A DNA stretch of 64,000 nucleotides, taken from an uncultured bacterium (GTDB lineage Bacteria > UBP14 > UBA6098 > B30-G16). Positions 9,901 to 17,329 of this stretch are shown piece by piece; the first letter of the stretch is position 1; each line of letters opens with the position of its first letter. The notes under the pieces were generated by a model. That model searched no databases. It was not told the DNA's origin and was given only the letters and a program-made list of their open reading frames with translations. Made by a program: the position numbers and the translations under genes. The stretch is taken from NCBI GenBank assembly GCA_965552135.1, contig CBEVQY010000002.1, positions 32,001 to 96,000 of the forward strand, in the 5' to 3' direction.

Positions 9901-10712
9901 AAGGGCATTATGTGCTGCGAGTACGCCGACGCTATCATGCAGATCCATCCCTCCGAAACGCCCGTTGCGATCCAAGAGTTGAAGTCGGGGTCGTACCACG
10001 CCGCTGCGGTCTGCAAAAGCCCGCCCATGTGGATGTTGACGGGGATGTTGTGGGCGTCGTGCGCCTCTAAGATCTCGTCGTAGCCCGAGCCATCGGGGTC
10101 GTCGCTTCTGCCGCGAAACGCCTCGGTGTAGCCAAGCCCCTGGTTGCCGTGGTGCATAAGCGCGCAGTGCGCACCAGGTTCAAGGCGCTTTGCGGCATCG
10201 GCATACAAAACGTCGCAAAGCTCGCCCAAAACAAAGCTTTCGACCTCAAAACAAAGACTCCCAACCTCATCCTCCCGAAAGACGTTCTCCACCCTCACCT
10301 CGACCATATCGAGCCTAAACGACACCAGAGCCTGCGCGCGAAGGGCTTTGCCGTTTTGGTCGAAAGCCTGAGCCGAACCGTCGCCAAAAACCCTGACGTA
10401 AACCTCGTCCTCCGCGCCAACTATCCGCATGCCAAGGCTTACGCCGCAAGACATCCAAAGGTTCTCCCGGGGCTCGCGGGTTATGGACTGAAGCGACACG
10501 AAGCCCACGCGAAAACAAAGCCAATCACCACAGGGGGCGAAGTAGAACGAAAGCAGGTCAGCGCAATAGGGCATTTCGCCCTCTGCGGACTCGACGTCGT
10601 CGAGAGCTAAAAGCTCAGCTCTGCCCCAGTCGTCGACGCGACCGCGAAAATACCTGGGACCACAAAGCAAAACCGACGCAAAAAACAAAACCAAAAACAA
10701 AAGCCTCCTCAT
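6969..10712 (-). CDS. Secreted multidomain glycoside hydrolase family 57-like protein with carbohydrate-binding-like domain and T9SS/FlgD-type C-terminal domain
   Basis: Signal peptide; GH57-like HHGNQ, WVPER (nucleophile) and YADDWE motifs; DOMON/CBM9-like ITIDGYLDTTEW...YMYWDSLYVYFAI; C-terminal FPNPFN...YDVGGRLVR...WDGTD...SGVYVI. Confidence 0.7.
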   Translation of the reverse strand: MRRLLFLVLFFASVLLCGPRYFRGRVDDWGRAELLALDDVESAEGEMPYCADLLSFYFAPCGDWLCFRVGFVSLQSITREPRENLWMSCGVSLGMRIVGAEDEVYVRVFGDGSAQAFDQNGKALRAQALVSFRLDMVEVRVENVFREDEVGSLCFEVESFVLGELCDVLYADAAKRLEPGAHCALMHHGNQGLGYTEAFRGRSDDPDGSGYDEILEAHDAHNIPVNIHMGGLLQTAAAWYDPDFNSWIATGVSEGWICMIASAYSQHIMPFVVDDMNAWSVYIHRQMTHFYYGYWATVAWVPERTFLDGPGGRYPNAGVSDWLGDNFEANDIDAVILDDDVHCAGYDNHQIHFISGTSLRLIPRDHDFTGRLHAGDGAGALAILEGLAASPEGDYRIVVYADDWEMAAEIGEWASTMPNAKETYDWFVNKCWEESSWLHTWKLTDAVLNPDFNGVTLTFTPGSHVSIGGTDGYGGGNNGWYTHWAGYPSPSDNHSPQWDFGTIWYDAYTNLSSAPDNNISQAGWYVLMTNLFETGWHDGMGGPISGWEMKYSTHIKNANVYAEGARWASGEYTQPVGAFFADLDHDGNDELVIYNDRVFAVFESIGGRAVWIFAKDGANNASIVGNCNTYWEGTEGDYNDANHIAALSDVSVGGWDYEHSFYDWEILASCSDSAVIVLRHDQLRKRISVYPGEPYLRCEYFTRDKETYIKAGFTPDLVSLLWGPSVQRIWRLGQYCGFRNANNDAVGAFILGGGGASHSHELSSTLLKGDEIKGKGTFGFYLYCGWQSATPEGYVAAFDDLAASLGDNFPPDAYRAMYNPGTDVLTVTFTEPVDVSVVNLSGIGFDEGADGTVEVWLSPSCVVQNAVDHTRLRIKLSPLKASLVEALSPENLILALAAGAVRDTAGNPCRQLSNGPDQVPITVTGNLSITIDGYLDTTEWASWCNVVDDPDDDSEWDPALNEIWGIYMYWDSLYVYFAIHGIHEAEPNDNAWLLFLDTDYGGTNGCSDLRNIDNWDRNVYFTSESGFKCDYQYGSYRGWTGDFWRILSPTSSERVLGEFWCETDLTSPNPCSELAVSWDELYGLGPGMVPPNTRIALVASIASDIELGGDSAPNNVSAFLPNIDTAAVFVVDNDGDGVPEPISEILSVREGSGAKPALSLSVFPNPFNSVCVVRCAFDDDVGYVLLRVYDVGGRLVRRLFEGEASCGVHTFVWDGTDSQGAVCPSGVYVISLSADGAHTTEEVLVVR

Positions 10713-10793
10713 AACTCCCTCCTTACAGACCCCTCAAAATAAAAAAACAAAAATCGTCGTGTTAAGTCAAACTCCAAGCGAGCCATTTTCCCC

Positions 10794-10824
10794 TTGACAG
10801 GGGCGTTTAGGCGATTTATATAAT
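10794..10824 (+). promoter_or_regulatory. Putative strong sigma70 promoter
   Basis: TTGACA (10794-10799), with TATATA at 17 bp and TATAAT at 19 bp, in an AT-rich divergent intergenic region. Confidence 0.6.
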
Positions 10825-10909
10825 AAATTGTCCTTCCTAAAAGTATAGCGGGAGGTGCCGAAAAAAGCTATTGCGCTTGTTTTTGCAGCAGTAGGCGCAG
10901 GGGGAGATT

Positions 10910-12331
10910 TTGTCGCGGCGAACGAGCGCAATAGGGGGATGGCGGCTCCATCCCGCTGTCTTCCTTTTGTGTCTTTTCCACCTCGCAAGTGTGTGGGGAA
11001 AAAGCTGCTGTAGTCGCGACGGGCTTTTCCCAACAGATCCGTCTGTGCTTTGGAGGCAGGTGGAGGGGCTTTTGACCGCCTTCCCCGTCGAGCCTGTGGC
11101 GGGCGATGTCGTCGCGCTGCTTGTGCCCGCCCAAAATTATATCCTTGCGGGAAACGTCTTCGGGGCGGCTTATCAAACGCTCTTTTCCGCACAGGTCGAC
11201 TGCATTGTCATCGCCGTGCGCAGCGACAAAAAGGACTCAGCCGTAGTCATCCCCATCTCCGAGAAGTTCATAACGCCCCTGGGCGTGCTGCCCGCCGAAG
11301 AGAGGGCGGCAAACCTCCTTGCGCAAAAGCTCGATTTCGTCGTAAAAGATGCAGCCTGCCCCCCCGACCAGTTCTGGTATCAGCTTCCTTTCATCCAGTA
11401 TATCTTCGCCGACAAGCCCGTGCTCCTTCTGGAGCTTGGGGAGCTGAGTCTTGGGCAGCTTTACGAGCTTTCGGACACGCTCTCGTCCGTTTTGGGCGAA
11501 AGGCGAGCGCTTGTTGTGGGCGTCACAAACCTCGCAGCGGCGGGGGATTTCCCTCAGATAAGTCGGCTCGACAAAGTCGCGATAGTCGACCTTCAGGCGA
11601 TGGACCTTTCGCGTCTTTGGTCGGATATAGGCTGTGGTCGCGCGCAGCTTTCGTGTCCGTGCTGTGCGGCTTTTGCGGTGCTTATGGCACAACGACTTGG
11701 CGCCAGCTGCGGAAAGCTTTTGCGCCACGCGGCGACTGTGGGGCTGCCCGCACCAAAAAGGGTGGGCTTAGCGTCTGTTGCGTGGTTTACGTCGTCGCCG
11801 AGGCGCACGGCGAAAAAAGTCCAGATATCCCCCGCCTGGGGCAGGAAGCTTTGGGAGCTTGCGGCGGCAACGGTTTTGGGAAAGCCCGAGCCCGAAATCC
11901 CCACGCCGCTTGAGAGAATCTCGGGGGGCGTTTTTATATCGGTCTCCGACGGCGACAGCACAATTGCGCGCGTTGGAGAGCTCTTCACGAACATGTCGCT
12001 TCCGGATGCTGTGCGCAGGTTCGCCTCGATGCTACTTCTGCCGGTGCGAATGTGCAAGCTAAGCCGGGGAGGGCTTTGCGGATTCATCCTTTCGGTTTGT
12101 GTGGCGGAGCCCGTCGACGACGTTTCGGTTCCGGGTCCGGAGGTTGGGATTTACGTTCGCCGCGGCGCCAACGTCGGGGTCCTTCTGCCCGGCGAAGCCT
12201 CCGATATGTCGCCGCAGGCGCGCCTCGAACGCGCGTGTCTGCAGGCGGGAATGTTCTCCAAAAGCTGGCGCTCGCCCGAAACCGACGTCCACTTCTTCAG
12301 GGTGACCGTCTTCTCCGACACGTTAAGATGA
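10910..12331 (+). CDS. AmmeMemoRadiSam protein B (MEMO1-like) + protein A (AMMECR1-like) fusion, divergent; start uncertain
   Basis: MEMO-like GLFP.DP..L, FITPLGVLP, QLPFIQ, KLLRHA.T, VGLAS; AMMECR1-like GGVFISV, GIYVRRG..VGVLLP, LERACLQAG...W. Confidence 0.7.
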   Translation: MSRRTSAIGGWRLHPAVFLLCLFHLASVWGKSCCSRDGLFPTDPSVLWRQVEGLLTAFPVEPVAGDVVALLVPAQNYILAGNVFGAAYQTLFSAQVDCIVIAVRSDKKDSAVVIPISEKFITPLGVLPAEERAANLLAQKLDFVVKDAACPPDQFWYQLPFIQYIFADKPVLLLELGELSLGQLYELSDTLSSVLGERRALVVGVTNLAAAGDFPQISRLDKVAIVDLQAMDLSRLWSDIGCGRAQLSCPCCAAFAVLMAQRLGASCGKLLRHAATVGLPAPKRVGLASVAWFTSSPRRTAKKVQISPAWGRKLWELAAATVLGKPEPEIPTPLERISGGVFISVSDGDSTIARVGELFTNMSLPDAVRRFASMLLLPVRMCKLSRGGLCGFILSVCVAEPVDDVSVPGPEVGIYVRRGANVGVLLPGEASDMSPQARLERACLQAGMFSKSWRSPETDVHFFRVTVFSDTLR

Positions 12332-13566
12332 GGGTGCGGAGGCTGAAAATAGGCTTTGTGGCGGCGGCTCTGCTCGCTCTGGGAGCGGGAACGGCGCTTT
12401 TGGGGAGAACGGATAAGGCTTCGGTCGAAAGCGCTGCGCCCCCAGCAAAGGGCGAGTTCGTGTGCGCCTGCTGCGGGATCATACAGCCGAACCAACCGCT
12501 CTTCTGGGCGCTTGTGGACAAGGGCGTTCCACCTGCCGTGGTCGAGGCGATACGCAAACCCCTCGAAAGGGTGCTTGATATGCGCAAGATCTTCCCGGGC
12601 GACAGATACAGCCTCGAGTATGACCCCCGCGGCGCAAGGTTCTTCGAGCTTGTGAGGTCCCCGTGGGAGAGGTACATCGTGCGCCGTCTGGGCGATTCCC
12701 TCGCCGCCCAGAAGGACACCGTGCCCCTCGTGCGAACCGTTTTCGCAGCCGAAGGTGTTGTCGAAAACACGCTGTGGGAGTCGATGAGGAAAGCCGGCAT
12801 CGAGCCCGAGGCGATAATGAGGTTCACCGATATCCTCGCCTACGATTTCGACTTCGTCACCGACACGCGAAACGGGCACAGGTTCCGCATACTATACGAG
12901 AAGCTTTCCTTCCGCGACAGCACAATAGGCGTGGGCAGGATACTGCTTGCGGAATACATAACCCCCAAAAGGGATTACGTCGCCGTCTGGTACCGCGACC
13001 CGGAGGGCAGGGAAGGCTACTTCGACCTTGAAGGGAAATCGATGAAGAAGGCTTTGCTTAAGGCTCCGCTTTCGTACACGAGGATAAGCTCGCACTTTTC
13101 GCACAGGCGGTTCCACCCGATTCTCAAGATCTACCGACCTCACCTTGGCGTTGACTACGCAGCGCCTGTTGGCACGCCCGTTGTGGCGTCCGGCGACGGC
13201 GTCGTCGTCTTCGCGGGATGGAAAGGAGGCTTCGGGAAGTTCATCCACATAAAGCACCCGAACGGGATCGAGACGATGTACGGTCACCTCTCGCGCTTCG
13301 CCAAGGGGATACGCAGGGGCGTCAGGGTCAGGCGCGGTCAGGTCATAGGATACGTTGGCGCGACCGGGCTTGCGACGGGTCCACACCTCGACTACAGGGT
13401 CAAGGTGAAGGGCAAGTTCGTAAACCCCGAAAAGTACGCCTTCCCCGCAGAACCTCCTGTGAAGAGGCGTTATCTTGAAAGCTACCGCAGGTACGCGCGC
13501 TCGATCGCCGATGGGGCAAGGCTTTTAGCCAAAACCGCAAGCGCCCAGACCAAAGGCGGAATATAA
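12328..13566 (+). CDS. M23 family peptidoglycan DD-metalloendopeptidase (MepM-like)
   Basis: N-terminal hydrophobic anchor; RISSHF..RFHP, HLGVDYAAP.GTPV, YGHLS, TGPHLDY. ATG 12328 lies in an ATGA overlap. Confidence 0.92.
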   Translation: MRVRRLKIGFVAAALLALGAGTALLGRTDKASVESAAPPAKGEFVCACCGIIQPNQPLFWALVDKGVPPAVVEAIRKPLERVLDMRKIFPGDRYSLEYDPRGARFFELVRSPWERYIVRRLGDSLAAQKDTVPLVRTVFAAEGVVENTLWESMRKAGIEPEAIMRFTDILAYDFDFVTDTRNGHRFRILYEKLSFRDSTIGVGRILLAEYITPKRDYVAVWYRDPEGREGYFDLEGKSMKKALLKAPLSYTRISSHFSHRRFHPILKIYRPHLGVDYAAPVGTPVVASGDGVVVFAGWKGGFGKFIHIKHPNGIETMYGHLSRFAKGIRRGVRVRRGQVIGYVGATGLATGPHLDYRVKVKGKFVNPEKYAFPAEPPVKRRYLESYRRYARSIADGARLLAKTASAQTKGGI

Positions 13567-13574
13567 AAATTCGT

Positions 13575-13602
13575 TTGCACACAAAGGGGCGGAGAATATC
13601 TT
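13575..13602 (+). promoter_or_regulatory. Putative promoter of the large surface-protein locus
   Basis: TTGCAC, 16 bp spacer, TATCTT, upstream of ATG 13653. Confidence 0.35.
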
Positions 13603-13652
13603 TAAGGGAATTTCAACAGACAACGAGCTCGATTAAGATAAGGGGGCGATTT

Positions 13653-16600
13653 ATGAGGAGCGCTTTGATCTTTGGGTGTGTTTTGGCGTTATCGTTGGTT
13701 CCGGCGCTTTCGCAGGAGCCGCCGCCTATGTGCGCCTCTTTAGAGTACCCCGGCTTTCGCTACGCACCTTTCGGCGCCATTGTCCTTAGGATCGACAGCG
13801 TTTGCGCCACCTCCAACGCCGCCGTGTGCTCGAGCGGCGTCAGATACCAGTTCTGGCGGCACGTCATCTCGGGGCGGGCGGAGATGGAGGAGGTCTCACC
13901 CGTCGTTTCTGCCGATTCGTTCGTCTTCTCGGGCGCCCTGGACGGCGAGGTGTTCGAATACCGCGCCAGGGCAGTATGCGGCGACGACACGTCGGAGTGG
14001 TCCGATCCCCTCGTAATCACCCACGACCTCGAAAGCCCCACAACCGTCCCATTCTTCGATGCTGCGCACTGCCGCGAAGGACTCGACGACTCGACCCTAT
14101 ACGTCCAGCTTGTGTGGCAGCGCGCAACCGACAACGCATCCGGCGTGAGAGGATACGCCATCTACAGGTCGAACAGCTACTCAGATCTGCTCTACATAAC
14201 ACCATCCACGCCCGATATCGCCTTCATTCCGAACGACGGCTCGGAGATATACTGCTTTTACGACTACGACGTCGAGCCCGACAGGTACTACTACTACGCC
14301 GTCGTTCCGTACGACAGCGCGGGCGTGCCCTCCCTCGGGCGCGGACACTGGCCGACGACGGGGAACATCATCGAAGCCGTTTACACCGCAGGTCCGGGAT
14401 TTTGCTGCGGAAGCGGCGGAATGCTTTGCGCAGTGCTGAGGGAAATACCAAACGTCCTTACGACAACCTCCTACACCGTCGAGGTCAACAACGACGCCTG
14501 CCACCCCTGCTGCGGGATAATGTATCAGTACAGGCTTGTGGACCTGAGCACTGGCGACACGCTTGTGTCGGACTGGACGGCGATGCCGAGCTACAACTGG
14601 TCGCCGCTTGAGGACTGCCACAGCTACATCTTTTCCGCGCGGGCGCTCTGGGAGCACGACACAACCACCTGGAGCGACAGCCCGCCGAAGCTTTGTGATC
14701 TTTCCGGACCCGGGTGCGTCGACAGCCTGACGGTCACGCCCATAGCGAGCACGCCCGACGCACCAGGAGCACTCGACGTCCACTTCTACGTCTCGAACGA
14801 GGCGGAGCTCGACTGCGGCGTGGGCGTGGCTTACTACAAGCTCTACAGGATCGAGTACCCCGACGGGCTCGATGAGTTCCTCCCGTACGACACCTCCGAC
14901 ACCGAGCACCTGCTATGGACGTATCACGTCGGCGATACGTTCGGAACGAACATGGACTACGAGTTCTGCGACGACTGCCCAACAGACCCCGACATCGACC
15001 TCTCGGACGAGAAGACGTATATGTACATAGTCGTTGCCTTCGACAGCCTGGGTCGCTGGAGCTGGTGCGGCAGCAACGTCGACACGGGGACGGTCGACAA
15101 GGGCATCGCGCCGCCTATGCTCTTGCCGCTGCCTGTGTGGCACAGGTGCGACAGCGTCGTCCTGAGGATCGTCGACACAAGCTTCTGCGATATGACCGAA
15201 ATCCAGATAGAGCGCGCCCTGACGCCGGACTTTTCGGTGGGATATCACCTCTACGGTCCTTTCCCCGTCCACGACGATATCCTCCACAACCCCGACGACA
15301 GCATGTGTAACGACTGGGACACGCTTTCGTTCGTCATCCACTTCGACGAGCTTGAGGAGACGCAGTACTACTTCAGGGCGGTGGCGTATGATGAGCTTGG
15401 CAACATATCTGCGCCGTCCAACTACGTAAGCACCCGCTTCGACTGCACGCCGCCCCTTGCCGTCTCCCCCGATTCGGTCAAATCGGTGGCGGACTCCACG
15501 GGGACGGTCGACATAAAGGTTTGGTGGGCGCCGTCGAACGACGCGGGCGTCGGGATAATGGAGTACGACATATATCGCTCCTCCTCGCCCGGCGACATGG
15601 GCAGCCCTGTTGCCACCGTGCCCCACTCGCCGTTCATAACGTACTACGAGTGGGTCGACGACAACCCCAACCCTGCGAACAACTTCCACGATAACTACTA
15701 CACTGTGGTTGCCGTCGACAGCTTCGGCAACGCCAGCACCACAGGCGCCACCCGGGGATTTGCGGACGACACGCCGCCGATTCCCGTCAGGATAGACACC
15801 GTGTACACCGAGTACTCCGAAGGTGAGATGTGGGTTGTTGTTGAGTGGAGCGACACGACGCCCAGCGACTTCGGCACGGGAGGGTTCGGCAACAGCTACA
15901 GGCTCGAGCACTCCGCCGATCTTTCGTGGCTCTTCACCCGCGACCCGCTCCTCATAAACGTCGAGGAGCCCGTGTTCACCCACAGGATCCGCCTGCCGCG
16001 GTCGATATTCACGGGCTCGCCGAACAGATACTTCCACATCGCGACGATCGACATCTGGGGCAACGAGAGCGGCTACAGCGAGCCCTACTTCTTCTACGAC
16101 TCGAGCTGGGCTGCCGACACAGCCGTCCTGCACCTTTTTGCCGCGTGGAACCTCGTAAGCCTGCCTGTACTGCCGCGAAGCCTCGCCTTCGAGGACGTCT
16201 TCCCCACAGCCGGAACGCCCTGCGTCACCTTCGACGCCGAAGCGGCAACGTTCTACCCCGTCGACAGCCTCGGCATCGGGTGGGGGTACTGGATCATAAG
16301 CTACACCGACCAAGACGTCGGGATAACGGGCTACCACATTCCCGAGTACGCCCGCGTGCTCCCCGTTGGCGGGTGGTATCTTGTGGGCGGTGTATCCGAC
16401 ACGGCGGACTTTGCCGTCGTGCCCGATGAGGCGCGGCTTATGTCCCAGGTCGTCTGGTGGAACCCGTCGACGGGATCGTACGAACCCTCAAGCGAGCTTT
16501 TGCCCGGACGGGGCTACTGGATTTTGGTTGGTCAGCCCTGCACGCTTTTTGTTCCCAGCGGCGGGAGAACGCTGCGCGAAAGGGAGGCTGCGTGTAAGTG

Positions 16601-17192
16601 GAGCTTCGACATCACCGCGGGCACCCAGAAGCTTATGCTGTGCGTTGGCTCGGAGGGCGCGGTCCCGATGCCGCCAGCGCCTATGACGAATAGCCTGCCA
16701 GCCCTCATCCGAAACGGTCAAAAGCTCATACGCGACGCGACCGAAACGGGCGAATGGACCCTCCTTCTGCCCCACAAGGCGAAGGTCCGCTGGAACCCGC
16801 AGGCGCTTTCCGGAAGAAGGCTTTTGCTCATCGCAGGCGGCGAGGTGGATATGTCGCGCACGGGCGAGGTCGTCCTGCCAGCCGGTCAGTACAGGATAAT
16901 CCTTGCCTCAAAGCCAAAGCGGCTTGCCGTCTCGGCTAAACCGAACCCGTTTAACGCAAGCGTTGAGCTGACCCTGTCGGTTCCCGATGATGGGGATGCG
17001 AGGCTTGAGGTCATCTCCACCGACGGCAAGGTGGTGAGGGTTCTCTGGCGCGGCAGGCTAAGCTTTGGCGCGCATCGCTTCACCTGGGACGGCACCGACG
17101 CTGCAGGAAGACCAGCCGCGGGCGGGGTCTACATAGTTCGCGCCACCTTCGAGGGCGAAGTCGCATCGACAAGGATACTTCTCCTGAAGTAG
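13653..17192 (+). CDS. Large Cys-rich fibronectin type III-repeat secreted protein with FlgD/T9SS-type C-terminal domain
   Basis: Signal peptide MRSALIFGCVLALSLVPALS; FN3-like units (W....D..SG...Y.IYR, YYY.V.A.D..GN.S); WNLVSLP / PGRGYWI motifs; C-terminal PNPFNAS...WDGTDAAG...GGVYIVR. Confidence 0.8.
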   Translation: MRSALIFGCVLALSLVPALSQEPPPMCASLEYPGFRYAPFGAIVLRIDSVCATSNAAVCSSGVRYQFWRHVISGRAEMEEVSPVVSADSFVFSGALDGEVFEYRARAVCGDDTSEWSDPLVITHDLESPTTVPFFDAAHCREGLDDSTLYVQLVWQRATDNASGVRGYAIYRSNSYSDLLYITPSTPDIAFIPNDGSEIYCFYDYDVEPDRYYYYAVVPYDSAGVPSLGRGHWPTTGNIIEAVYTAGPGFCCGSGGMLCAVLREIPNVLTTTSYTVEVNNDACHPCCGIMYQYRLVDLSTGDTLVSDWTAMPSYNWSPLEDCHSYIFSARALWEHDTTTWSDSPPKLCDLSGPGCVDSLTVTPIASTPDAPGALDVHFYVSNEAELDCGVGVAYYKLYRIEYPDGLDEFLPYDTSDTEHLLWTYHVGDTFGTNMDYEFCDDCPTDPDIDLSDEKTYMYIVVAFDSLGRWSWCGSNVDTGTVDKGIAPPMLLPLPVWHRCDSVVLRIVDTSFCDMTEIQIERALTPDFSVGYHLYGPFPVHDDILHNPDDSMCNDWDTLSFVIHFDELEETQYYFRAVAYDELGNISAPSNYVSTRFDCTPPLAVSPDSVKSVADSTGTVDIKVWWAPSNDAGVGIMEYDIYRSSSPGDMGSPVATVPHSPFITYYEWVDDNPNPANNFHDNYYTVVAVDSFGNASTTGATRGFADDTPPIPVRIDTVYTEYSEGEMWVVVEWSDTTPSDFGTGGFGNSYRLEHSADLSWLFTRDPLLINVEEPVFTHRIRLPRSIFTGSPNRYFHIATIDIWGNESGYSEPYFFYDSSWAADTAVLHLFAAWNLVSLPVLPRSLAFEDVFPTAGTPCVTFDAEAATFYPVDSLGIGWGYWIISYTDQDVGITGYHIPEYARVLPVGGWYLVGGVSDTADFAVVPDEARLMSQVVWWNPSTGSYEPSSELLPGRGYWILVGQPCTLFVPSGGRTLREREAACKWSFDITAGTQKLMLCVGSEGAVPMPPAPMTNSLPALIRNGQKLIRDATETGEWTLLLPHKAKVRWNPQALSGRRLLLIAGGEVDMSRTGEVVLPAGQYRIILASKPKRLAVSAKPNPFNASVELTLSVPDDGDARLEVISTDGKVVRVLWRGRLSFGAHRFTWDGTDAAGRPAAGGVYIVRATFEGEVASTRILLLK

Positions 17193-17242
17193 GGCGCATT
17201 CCACAACACCCGAAGGCGGGCGCGCAGGCTTTTGAGGAGGGG

Positions 17243-17310
17243 GCTCAGGCTTGAGGAAAACCCGATTTGACAGGCGAGCTCAGGCTTGGCGAGGAAAACC
17301 CGATTTGACA
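17243..17310 (+). repeat. Tandem direct repeat, two ~30-33 bp units each ending in TTGACA
   Basis: GCTCAGGCTT-GAGGAAAACCCGATTTGACA (17243-17272) and GCTCAGGCTTGGCGAGGAAAACCCGATTTGACA (17278-17310). Confidence 0.85.
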
Positions 17311-17329
17311 TAAGCAAAGGAGAGACGAT

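Noticed and set aside
12052..12327. N-terminal extension of the M23 peptidase given by the ORF track
   Set aside because: It overlaps the upstream gene by about 280 bp; ATG 12328 gives an ATGA coupling and a proper N-terminal anchor.
17243..17310. Possible mini-CRISPR array
   Set aside because: Only two units separated by 5 nt, with no spacer-length unique sequence and no cas genes in the window.
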